This document shows, piece after piece, positions 41,857-54,136 of a DNA stretch of 64,000 nt. Positions within the stretch are counted from its first letter, which is position 1. Every line of letters begins with the position of its first letter. Made by a program: the position numbers and the translations under genes. The DNA is from Chrysomallon squamiferum. Taxonomy: Eukaryota > Animalia > Mollusca. The notes under the pieces were generated by a model that ran no database searches, had not been told where the DNA came from, and saw only the letters and a list, made by a program, of their open reading frames with translations. Location of the stretch: the NCBI GenBank assembly GCA_012295275.1, contig CM022679.1:17050001-17114000 (forward strand), given 5' to 3'.

Positions 41857-44199
41857 TTAGCTACAGATTTTTTCAAATTTTGTCCTTCATCTACGTTTTC
41901 TTTAAAAAATCATGAAATATTAAAAAGCTTAATATTTATTAAATGGATATGATCAGGTCACATGGAATACATTATTTTAATATTTATCAATAAAGTATTA
42001 ACAACAGGGACAGACCCAGGTTTCAAGTAAAAAAAGTGTTCATAATCACAGTGATGGATAATTTCAATTAAAAACATTTCATTGTAAAGGAAATAAAAAT
42101 TAGGAGATGCACATCCACAGATTTATGTGTACATGTCTGTGTGTGTTTGTCAGTGTGGACTGTGCGTGTACAAGGCCTTGTGTATGTGTGTAAAACATAT
42201 TCCTCAAAAATTTACACTGTAACTAAGTTTTTAATAACAGTCTGATATTTTGAACATTTCTGATAATAAAATTAGATTTTTTTATGGCTTTTCGTAATCA
42301 GGTTAAATAAATAATCTGTTAATATAATTGTAAACAGCGTTTAGTAAATCTGTATTCTTTGTAGTTTATGATATCTTAATTCTTGTTAAATATTACAAGC
42401 TGATTCTTATACATAATTAACTAAATGTTTGTAAAAGCATAGCAGAATATTTCAAACAAATTTCAAAAATCACTATTTTAAATAACCACCAGAACTGGTT
42501 TTTATAATTAATGAAACTTAAGGCAGAGTCATGAATTTCATTTCAGTGATTCTTTTTTCTTTTTTAAAAATATCTTTAAAATTATGTATAATTTTTCTGT
42601 TAATTCAACTATTGTTTCCTTTTTTATAAAAACAGAATCAGTTCAGCCCTGTTCTAGTCAGACTACACCAGCAATGTGACAGAATTTTATTTATAGAATT
42701 CATTTTAACAATACTTCATGCTGAGTGACTACCATCTGCCTACAATTACTTCAGTCATTATGCTTCTTTTTTGGGGGATAATTTGAAGGATCTGCTTGTA
42801 ATTCAGTAAAAAAAAAAAACAAATGTGCAGTGTTCTCATATTTTTTTATATTTACAATGTTTGTCTAAAATGTAAAAACAAAAATCATCAGAACATATCA
42901 GTTTTTCTTTTTGTTTTATTTTGTATACAGGCATATAATATATATAAGTTGTTTTTCTTTTTTTATTATGTGCATATGTTGTGTTTAATAAAATAAAATT
43001 ATATACATGTTTTGTTTTTTTGCATTTACCATGAAACAAAATCCACTGAAATATATATATATCTGGGCTTTTGTGTTTTTATCTTTATTATAAGCATGTG
43101 TGCATGTGTGCTTATGTACATATGTGTGTTTGTGTATTTATGTGTGTGTTTTTTGTACATTTGGGTGTTTGTATGTGTTTTATGAAGCATTTAGAAACTT
43201 TAAACCTCTACTCTCCATATGTGTGTGTGTTTTAAATATAACTTTTCTCTCTTTTTTTCCTTTTATTATCTTGATGTGGGCTGTATCAAATTACACAGTC
43301 TTTGTCAGGCTGGAACTTATGCCTTTGGGCAAGAAAATGTCATAATGTCTTGAAACTGATCACTTTCAACCATTGGAGACATTCTGCAAGCCTACAGAGC
43401 CATGTGATGAAGTTTAATGTCCAGATTACTTGAGTCTTACTAGATCTATTTATTTCATTTACTGCTCTGTTCTGACAGTCAGCAAATCGATCAATACACA
43501 CTTTATAGAAAAAAAGCTGCACACGCACTTTTTATTTGTTTATTTTGTTGATTAAAACAATATTTTTTGTAAAAATGGGATAATATACAAATCTGAAAAG
43601 AGATTATGACAAATATAAAAATTTAATCTGATTTTATTGTTTTTAAATTTGATCTGATTAAGTCATCTTTTTCTCTCTTTTATTTTACATTATTATTTTT
43701 ATTATTATTTGTTTGTTCTTGTTTTGTTTTGTGTTTTTTTCTTTTTGTTATAAGCCATCTATTTGGCCAAAACTTATTAAATTATTTTTAAAAAAATTTC
43801 TCATTTTGATTTTGACAAGATTAATTTTTTTCCCCTCTTCCATGCTGGTATTAATTAAAATTTTAAGTAAATCCTATTCTTTATTTTAGTTCAATAATAG
43901 GAGATTGTATTTTGTGTTTCTGTGTCACTGTTTAACAATATTAACACAGTTTTCTTTCTTTTTAATAAAAACTGTAAGAACATGGTGGTAACTTTATACG
44001 GTCTAAAATAGTTAATGTTTTTTCTGTTATCTGACTTCAAATAAATGTTACGTCCAGGTGTTGCAGCCAACTTGGGCAATCAACTCCTTGTATAAAATAA
44101 TCAATTCTTCTCAACAAAAGTGTACGATTCCATATCTTAGCTGAAATAATAAAGTCTTGCATATGGATTATAAGACATTAGACATTTGTAATTACTTAC

Positions 44200-44290
44200 C
44201 TCCGGTTGCGACAAGGCACAGTACAGCAATACAAGATGACAAAAGCCATCTTGAAGACGTCCCCTCGATCATAGCGACAAACGTTTTCAT
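44200..44290 (-). CDS. unc5: UNC-5 first coding exon: start codon and signal peptide MKTFVAMIEGTSSRWLLSSCIAVLCLVATG
   Basis: ATG in an ACCATG context at 44290, with an alternative in-frame ATG at 44272. Hydrophobic core WLLSSCIAVLCLVA ends in small residues. Strong donor GGAG|gtaagt at 44200/44199. 91 nt is 30 codons plus 1, so phase 1 joins the Ig1 exon in frame (G|GT = Gly). Confidence 0.85.
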
Positions 44291-44640
44291 GGTAACATCC
44301 ACTGTAAAAGGGTTATCACGATGATCACTTGGGTCTGTCTCGCCGAAAATGGTAATCCACTTAAAAACAATCACAGGTCTTTGCCATATTGATATATTTC
44401 TAATCCGAAGAAAAGATAGGTCACCGGTTCACGGATTCGTTGAAAATGATTCACAAAAAAACAACAAAAAAAACAAAAACAAAAAAAACAGCGTGAGTTT
44501 TGAAGCAAACAAAAACAAACTTTGGCTGCTGCTTCCGAATGAGCAGAAAGTAAAGCTTGTCTTCTTCTTGTAGTTATTCCAAAATTCTACGTAGTGCCGT
44601 CTGTTGCATGCTGATTCCCTTCAGCAAAGATAAAACCGAC
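44291..44640 (-). other. unc5: 5'UTR portion of the first coding exon of unc5
   Basis: Bounded by a canonical acceptor ctgatcgtaattatgttttgtttcag|GTCGG at 44641/44640 with a CTGAT branch-like motif. CpG-rich compared with the flanks. Confidence 0.6.
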
Positions 44641-45717
44641 CTGAAACAAAACATAATTACGATCAGTTTCAAACAACGATTTTCTTGAGTAACTTTACTA
44701 ATATCCATTCATTCCTTCCATCATGAAACCATATAACGTTTGGGATACTAAAATCGCTCGATTGCATCGAGGGTATGGGAGTTAATCATCTGAAATGATT
44801 GGCTTATACAAATGAGACACCGCCTCTTATTAGACCCTTGAAAAGGATTGGTCAACTGTTCCGGATGACTGACAGTTGGGAAATAACGGGTAAACGTGAA
44901 ACTGCAAGCGGACGTTAGCTACTGTATTACTGTAACGGGCGCCTGTACTATATGAGTCGTTGAATGCAGAAGTTTACACTGAGGAATTTATGTTTATCAA
45001 TCAAAGTTGACTGAATGGCATACGCTGAGAACTATAGAAAAATGAACCATTGTATTGTACGTTTACTTTGATTTACTAATAAACAGTACAAAACAAATAC
45101 TGAAATGGTTTGAGTTCGTTTTTTATTGTTACAGTTTCTGTGAGTTTTTATTTATTTTTTATTTATTTATTTTTTTATTTATTTAACGTGTTCTGATTTT
45201 TATTAATATTTTTTATATATAAAGTCTGTAATATTTTGTTTTTCGTACAAAGGATGTTACTAAATTGTTGTTGGGTCTAATCTACTACAGTTATTCAAAT
45301 AATGAATATATTATTATTATTATTATTATTAATTATTATTATTATTATTTATTATTATTATTATTATTTATTCAAATCACCTTTAGAGAACAATATAAAG
45401 TAAAAATAATATTCTATGTAAAGCAAACCATGTTCTGAAAGAGACTCATCTAACAAACAAGTTTTATTTGACTGAATTATTAATATACTGATTAATGAGA
45501 AATACTGGGAATATTTTAACAAAAGAAAACTGACTGAACTTATAATGGGTTATATATATAACAAAAAATGTCAGGTTACACAGGTCTAGAACAGTTTTAC
45601 CAGCAGAATCTGTCATTCTTTCAAGTCATTACATTAACTGAGCAAGGCCAGACAAATGTGATAATGTACAGATTACTTCAGTCCTCTTCTGGTTAGTTAC
45701 TGGTTACACACATTCAC

Positions 45718-45752
<35 letters not shown>

Positions 45753-47650
45753 TATATTTATTTTTAATTTATTACTATTTTATTTTTTTTAAATTTTGTT
45801 AATGAATACATAAACTAAATAAAAATCAGTATATATGTGTGATATTTATTTTGAAATGAGAGATAGAATATTTCTGCATAAAAACTGTTGTAAATGTGAG
45901 AATCTGCTAACAGATTCAAGAAGTTATCTACTTCGGTTTTTGTGTTTAATATTCTGGTTGACATTATTCTTCCCCACCCTTGCTTGTTGACAGGATGGTG
46001 TGGATACAAGATATCTTTTACATACAGCATCATCATTTTATTTAATGTAACAGTTATTGTGGAAAGGGTATTTAGTTGAAAATTCTGTTTTACAGTATGT
46101 AAAATAGGTGTTTTAGTTTACACACTATTATTTAACAGCATATTAGGTAACTGAGATTGTATATGGTAATTTAACTTAGAAAGCGTTCTTACAGTATGCA
46201 AAATATGTAAATTTTTATACAGTTTATGTAATATGAACACTGATATGTACATTTAAAAACTTGGATATTATTTCTCTGCATGGTAACAGATTCTATGTGG
46301 AAAAATGAAAAAAATAAAATAAAAATGTATGACTCTTAGTTTATCATAAAGCACAAAAACAGATAAACTAGTTTTATTTTCATACATTTTGGTAAATGAT
46401 ATAGGACAAAGTCAACAGCAGTTGACATTTTAATGCAAGTGGTGGCTGAAATGTCTAAATAATACATTTTTAATGTTAGCAAATACATATAACTGTGACA
46501 TTCAGTTTATAAAGTGACCTGTGCTGTTTAATCATTTTCTCAAACTTTTTTTAAACACAGGGTCTAAATTGTGTGACTGAGTCTCAACCCATGGGGGTCT
46601 GACACTGGTCTGACACTGACACTAACATCCAGGCCTGATTTACAGCAGATAATGGACATTTTGACACATAACTTCTCCTTTTATTTTTTAAATGAGTGGC
46701 TAACAAATTCACGTGTGGTGTAGTATGTGAATGATTCATTTTATTCTGTGTCAAAATATCTGGACACCAGGCAACCATCTCTGTTTTGTTAACATTACAT
46801 CATTAATTATTTAATGAGGATTCAAAAAGAGTTTTGTCTTTTGAAATTATTCCTATAAAAATCAACATTAAATGTGGATAATAATTTAAATAAATTTGAA
46901 ACTGATAAATGCAAACATATACAAAACTGATATTGCCTTATGAAGTTGATAATTTCACTGATATTTTTAATTTATCTGTTATCTTGAAAATATTTTTATT
47001 TTTAATTTGTCAGATAAATGTATTTAGTTTGTGAATTTAGCATTGTATTAATGAATAATTTGTAATGTAATTTTTAATTTCTGAACATCATGGAACATAA
47101 ACTCATAAATAAATTTTAACATTTGGAAGATAATTATATGTATGAATTTGAGCAAATATCATTATTTTATTCATCTAATAATTAATGTGCCAAAATACTG
47201 TTAGACAAAATACTGAAAAACAAAATTCACTAAGACAGCATTATTTGCATATATAAATAAAATGTGACATGATTAATGGAATGTAAAGATTCCCAAACAA
47301 GGTGATGTCTGCCTCTGAAGACTGCTTTTAAATATATACCATACGTAAATGTTTGTCACTCTTATCTCCCTAAAATACCAACGTTAATTGCTAATGCAAG
47401 CAAAATTTCACTGTCTTGTGTAAACAAAAATTAATATACCAGGCCATCTGGTCACAGTTAAACATGAAATAAGATGACCTGAACTTTCTTTTCTGAAATA
47501 TGCATAATGTTATCAACTTAAGGGAATTCTTGGGAACATCACCACTTATTCTAGATTAATCTTAGCTTTGCAGTTTCTTTTCAGAAATGTTTCTGAGAAT
47601 ATACTTTCATTCAATTTTTAAAATAAAAAATTATATTTAAATGAGAATTA

Positions 47651-47682
<32 letters not shown>

Positions 47683-48802
47683 CAGATGATGATTATGGTG
47701 AAGAAATTAAGAAGTTAACATGATCTATAGTGACTATTGTCTTTTAGCTTTATTGTGTTTTTATTCATTAAAAAAAAGCACTAATTAAGAGTGAAAATAA
47801 TACAGGCTTGAAATATAAATAAAACATCTCTGAGAAGAAAGCATTATGAAAATGTAATCCATAAAAACTAATGACAACTAAGTGTTCATCCATCCATGAA
47901 AATTGTTCACTTTCGTGTCAAAGACACATAAAAAAAAATTAGATTGACAAAATCAGTTTGTAAAAGCAAGTGATACAAATTTTTCAACAGCTGGTGAATG
48001 AATTAATGAGCATTGTTATATGTTGAGGGATGGTAAAGAGGATGTATTTTTTCATGAACAAAGGGATAAATGGAGTGCAGTTCTTTGCTGCACTTTAAGA
48101 TGTATGATCAGGCCTCATGAACAAGAGAAATAAGCTTGGTGTCAATTAAGGATGTTGATTATCAGACTGAAGTAATTACGTTTGACGACTGTGGTGAATA
48201 TCACTTTGTTTTATTAGTCAAGTGTACAACTTCTAATAATTATATCTGTCATATACAAAACACAGGCACATTCAATAAATAACTTTACACACACACATAG
48301 TAGTATTTAAACCACTGTACATACAAAATATTTGTAATATTGTGAAATGGGCTGGTATAAAACACTGTTTATGCTGGCAAAATGTTTCAGATTTCCTTCA
48401 AGTCCACATATCACAATAACCAGATGATAGAAAATTAATAAATATCTTTTTGGAAATGTCATTTAAAAAAAAATAATAATAGCTTCAAAAATATCTTTAT
48501 AAGCCTTGCTTATTTTATTTTATTTATTTATTTATTTTTATTTTTATTTTTTTTTCATTCAAATAAATGTTAATAAATCAGAAAAGAAATGATTAAATAT
48601 AACTTTGGACAAATCACTTTTCTAAATAGAATTCCTTATTAACTTGCTAGACACTAACTTTCAAATATATTCATGTATATTAGACAAAAATAAAGATTTA
48701 ATTTTTATTTTTTCTAAATTTAAATAAAAAAAATAATAGTCAAACATAGGACTAAATTTAAAGAATATTATTTATCCAGTGCTAATAAGCTATGATATTC
48801 AC

Positions 48803-48927
48803 TGCTGAAATGTTAATTGGTGTCCAATGCTGAAATGTTAATTGGTGTCCAATGCTGAAATGTTAATTGGTGTCCAATGCTGAAATGTTAACTGGTGTCC
48901 AATGCTGAAATGTTAATTGGTGTCCAA
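48803..48927. repeat. 25-bp minisatellite, 5 copies (TGCTGAAATGTTAATTGGTGTCCAA)
   Basis: Five tandem units with one substitution in copy 4. Confidence 0.95.
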
Positions 48928-49641
48928 GCACTGAAAATCACTCCGCTGTGTTATTGACATGTTACCCAAAGTACATTTATGATCTATTTCTTATCGACCA
49001 AGCCAAACAGCAAATATTTTGATGGCTATGTTACAAAGATATGTCTAGTGCAGCCATCATTTGCATAAAAGTCTCCTTCCATTATAAATGCCTTTAGCTT
49101 CACCTGAGCCCTGCTTTCTTTACGACTGTTTTTATTGTCCACAAGAGAAGGTTACTCTTGTACCATAGCTTAACTTGCTCCATTAATATAGTCCTAGCTT
49201 TGAATGAAAATCAATTGCTCATTGGGGGTATTATAAATTCTTATTGACCCATTTGATTTTCCACATATTAACAAAATCAGTTTTGTGGGGCATGTATCCA
49301 TATTTTTTATTGCATGCCTGAGAGAGAGAGCTGTGACTTTATTTTATTTAATAAACACTTAGTGTCATGCTGTGTATATGAGTGTGCAAGTAAAGATGAT
49401 CTCACTAGTGTTTATGATACTTCACTTTTTCTCTCACAGTGTGTTAGAAAAAGTTAGAATAAAATGACTTTTGTGACAATAATAAATCTTCAGTTTTACA
49501 GGAATTTCTTTGCTTTTGTTATTTTTTATTTTTTTATTCATTAAAAAAAAAAATCATTTCAACATTTCACAGATTTATGTAACATCATTAGTTCAGTATA
49601 TTAATGCTACCAGAGGTCCTGTCTGTTTTAAATCTCATCCT

Positions 49642-49676
<35 letters not shown>

Positions 49677-51539
49677 TATATTTATATATGTACATATTTT
49701 TTTTTTTTTTTTAATTTCTTTAATCAGTTATTCTCTTCAGATAAAATAAAAGAAAAAAAAAGAAACTGAATATTTCAGGAATAAAAACGCCTTCTTTGTA
49801 CTGTTTTTATTGCCAGTATTGTCCTTTTTTAATATTCTGGTTTAAGAGTAATAATTCAGCTAATAATACTAACAGTTTGATACTGATACAGTTATAGTAT
49901 CAAGTCCAAGATTGACATGTTTTAGACTAAGAAATTCCATAACAATATTTTGACCAATGATTTAAGATAACACTTAAAATAGCAAGTCCACATGAATCCA
50001 AGTCCCAATGATCTTTGAAAAAAACCAATAAAAATTTATAATATTGTATTTTGATAACATCTTCTGAGTTTAGTTCATATTTAACAATTTTTTTAGCTGT
50101 TTATTATTATGCTCTTATATCACTTTCTTTAGCTAATACATTTTACATTAAATTTTGTTATAAATAATAGTATCATTGGATACATATTCATTCAAAAAAG
50201 ACAGGTCTTTTCAGAATTTTCAGCAATTATTAAAATACATATATATTAAATAGAAAATATAGAATGACACAAACTGAACTATATACTGCACTTAATTATA
50301 ACTATTCATTCAAAACTGAGCACAGTCTTTTAAAGACAGATGGATAGATAGATATACATATATTCTAATTTCCTGGACATACAGGTACAAATCATAGATT
50401 GCACATATGCACAGTTTGGTTTTAAAGTAATGCTCTGCCAGCTTGCAGAAGAGTATTTTGAATGACAAAAGCTGAAACAAGCAAACTCTCATTAAATCAA
50501 CAATTGGTCAGCTTCACTGTGGAGACTCACTATAGAAAACACTGCCATGTTTTAAAATATTTATTTAATGTAGTTATGGCATTAGCATTTCAAAGTGTAT
50601 GTCAGTGATTTTAGCATCAAGCTTTTGATAGTGGAATGTATTCTCATTAAATATTTATATGCCTAATGTCAGGAAATAATTGATTTTTATATGTTGAAAT
50701 GGTCAAATAAGTCAGTGGGTTGATTTATGGAAATGTATTTCTCTTAGTTTAGCACAGTATAACCTGACAAATGAAATTTCAGGAACAATTATACAGGTGA
50801 AATGGCTACTGTATATTTTATGTATGGGCCACAAAAAACATATGAAAATATAGACATTAATACCTTGATTTGAGATAAATAAGTATTGTAATGCACACCA
50901 TGATGATGGCATAGACAGATAATAACTTAATTATCACAGTGGGATGTGAGTCAAGATAGTCAAAACAGTGTTCTACACTTTTATATAATCTTAACATTTG
51001 TCTGCATGTTCATTTTCCTCAATGTGTGTGTGTATATATATATACGTCTGTGCATGCTTCATTATCTATGTTTCAAGAGTATCCTCTTGTATGCAAGCAT
51101 GGTTGGGCATTCATGCATAAATGTGCATCTCTTCTGTATTTGTATGAATTATGAATGAATGAGTGAATCTAAAATATATAATACATATGCATACATAAAA
51201 ACAGTCACACCTATACATCTACATTATATGTGTACAAACATACATACCTGTATATGTATGTGTGTATATGTGTGTTTGTTGTCTGTATATATATATACAC
51301 ACACACACTCACACATGCATATACAAATTATACATGTACCTATATACCCATATACATATGCACACAATATGCATATATACAAACACAGTCGACACACACA
51401 TACAAATATACCTACAGGTTATGGGTCAGAAGATCAACACTCATCAGTGAACTAAGTCAAGATCCGTGACAGACATATCAAAGAGCTTTCCTGTGTTCGT
51501 GCATATGAAAGAAAATATTGTCAATCAATACGATTAGCC

Positions 51540-51670
51540 ACCGAGTGATTGCAGCTGGTTACCTCTGTCATTTCTCATTACAGCTGAAGCATTTGACCCT
51601 TATTAGCCACTGATATTAAAATGGGTGGATGTATCATTAAACACGTATTTGTTCATTCATTCATTCATTC
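51540..51670 (+). mobile_element. 3' fragment of the same SINE-like family
   Basis: GCAGCTGGTTACCTCTGTCATT...TTTGACCC..TAGCCA...ATCATTAAAC then (CATT)n. A similar 3' end occurs at 25290-25407. Confidence 0.5.
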
Positions 51671-53103
51671 TTTATGGCCAGTGTTCTAACAGACTTGGAA
51701 GACTTCTGTGTTTAGCCGAGGATTAACTATAAAGGCTTCACCCACTTGACCTGCACATAAAGTGCTGTATGTAAACTCCCAGTAAATGAAGTCCAGGACA
51801 GGCAAAGAGACATTCTGTAAAACTGTCCAACTGGTAAAAGTGAAAAAAAATAAAAGTAATGAAATATAAAATTAAAGTAAATAAATAGATAGATAGAGAC
51901 ACAGACAGCTAGACAGATGAATAAAAAGAAAGAAAGAAATATAAATAAATAGATAAACAGACAAATATATAGAAAGAAGGAAGGAAAGAAAAAGATAAAT
52001 ATATTTATTGATAAATAAATAAATAGAAATTAAATTAATTAGTTAAAAAAAAATAATATTGATTGAAATAAAACAAATAAGTAAATAAATAACAAATTCA
52101 ATGTAAAATGTTATAAATAAATAAAATCTACAACTCACAAAAGTATACAATTACAAATATATATCAGAATCCAGACCTGTAGTATTACAACTGTACTTTG
52201 TTATCTTCGCTTACATTCACACAAGTCTGGATGCAGAGAAAAAATATCTCTTTTAAACAAGTCTCAGACTATCTGTTACAGCTGAAAGCTGCTTATAAAA
52301 ATTTAATTCTTGATATTATATTATTGATTATCAAAGGTAAATCTGTCCAGTTAATCTGTTATTTCCCGTGGAATTAAAAAAACTCAACTTCATAAGCCTA
52401 CAATCAGACTTCTATGTTTACAACAGTATAAATATTTTAACAAACATATCTATGTTATGTCTAAAAAATGTATGTTTTAAATGAAAAAAGCACAATCAAA
52501 ACTATCAGACTTCTGTGTTATAAGCTTACAATGATGTGCTTTACAGGTCTAAACAAAATGTGAGTTTCAGCACATAAAGCACAAAATATTAACAGAAAAG
52601 AAATTATCATATGAAAATTTTCATTTCAACTGACTGCATATTCATCAAAGTATCACTGGCAGGTTTCCATTGTGTTTTTATTCACTTGTTTGTGATCTTT
52701 GCTTTTTATCAATAGGACTGTCTATCAAGTAAAATGAATTTTCAAATTAATTATTTTACATCTGCCATTGAATTTGTAATATTTGTCAACACTGTTGTCT
52801 GAATGTCCTGGGTGCATGATCTTGTTTGAGATGACCGAGCCATTTCATTAGAAACAAAACAAGATCTGAACTTAAGTGCATCTGTTAAACATTTCTAGTT
52901 CCACTAAATCTAGGTTGTATGTTCATTTCTAATAGTCTGTACATTTATCCTTGAAATCATTAATTTTATACTATTATTACAATACTAAAATGCATTACAA
53001 CCATATTTAATGGATAAAATTCTTGTTGCTATTATTATTATTATATTATTTATGTTGTTATTATTTATTAAATTTTTACATATTTATTCTATTTTTTAAT
53101 TAT

Positions 53104-53107
<4 letters not shown>

Positions 53108-53167
<60 letters not shown>
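53108..53167. repeat. (ATT)n microsatellite
   Basis: Pure trinucleotide run, which explains the poly-Ile ORF. Confidence 0.97.
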
Positions 53168-53169
<2 letters not shown>

Positions 53170-54097
53170 CAATTTATTATGTATCTTTTTATATATTTAT
53201 TATTTTATTTATTTATTTATTTTATGTATTCACCTTTTTTCGATATAAGTGAGTCTCTAGCCACTAGAAAGTGTACCCAGAGACACAGGATAAACAAAAC
53301 ATTAGATTGCTTACATAGATTATCTCTAACAGTCTGGACAACAGGTAAATATTGACCAGGCACTAGACAGGGATACTAGGTATGTTATCTACAGTATATC
53401 ATTTCACCATAATTACTGTGTGGAAAATTCTTTGTATCTGTGCAGTTAGAGTTTTCACTTGCATGATTCACAAAGACATAATTGTACTTGTACTATTTCT
53501 ATTTCAAATAGTCTTTTTTTTTCTTTCTTTTTTTAATTCAGACTAATAGGACTGGTAAATTAAGAATAAATTATTAAAACTGTTTTGCAGTTTCTGAAGA
53601 AATTATTTAATTTCTTTTTTAATATTGATTTAAAATTAAGTTTAATTTATCAAAACTGATTTTTGTGCACTAGCAGGAATGTCAGGGTTATAGAGAGCAG
53701 TTCTTAATTTTAAATATATTATTTAATTTCTAAATTACGAAAAAAAAAGAAAAAAAAAATTAAGAAGAAATCAGATAATAATATAAATTATAAAGCACAA
53801 TATATCCTAACACCAAAATAAATAAATCTACAAAATAAGAATTTTATGAGCAAAAAATATTTTACAAATATTAAGCTCAAACATGATAGTGTTTATGTTT
53901 GAAAAAGCTCCCAGGTGAATGATATGAATATGACATATCAGATTGGCTTGTTCACCTCAGTTTTAATGTGGTTTTCTGTTATATTGTTATGCATTCTCCT
54001 GATGTTCTTTTATTATTTTTAAATTAAAAAAGATTTAAATAATGAGTTTTTGAAAATTATTTCACATAAAGGTATATTTAAAACAAAAAAAATCTTT

Positions 54098-54099
<2 letters not shown>

Positions 54100-54134
<35 letters not shown>
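54100..54134. repeat. (AT)n microsatellite
   Basis: Pure AT run. Confidence 0.95.

Positions 54135-54136
<2 letters not shown>

Larger units (their letters stand above)
1561..44199 (-). other. unc5: ~42.6 kb phase-1 intron between the signal-peptide exon and the Ig1 exon of unc5
   Basis: GTAAGT...TTCCAG ends with compatible phases. I saw no other convincing coding exon in between. Confidence 0.8.
44040..45120. promoter_or_regulatory. CpG-rich island / candidate unc5 promoter
   Basis: Dense CpG (cgctcg, gcggacg, acgggcgcc, ccgg) in an otherwise CpG-poor window. Minus-strand CCAAT boxes AGCCAATCA (core 44798-44802) and GACCAATCC (core 44847-44851), and an ETS core CCGGAA (44859-44864). Confidence 0.65.

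Noticed and set aside
44291-44374. N-terminal extension MIVFKWITIF... in the ORF track
   Set aside because: It begins at a GTG, not ATG. The first in-frame ATG is at 44290.
50946-51469. Cluster of overlapping His/Tyr/Thr-rich ORFs
   Set aside because: Artefact of alternating purine-pyrimidine (CA/TA/TG) low-complexity sequence.
51557-51563. Minus-strand donor GAG|GTAACC as the end of an upstream unc5 exon
   Set aside because: It falls within the shared SINE core motif and has no supporting acceptor or promoter.
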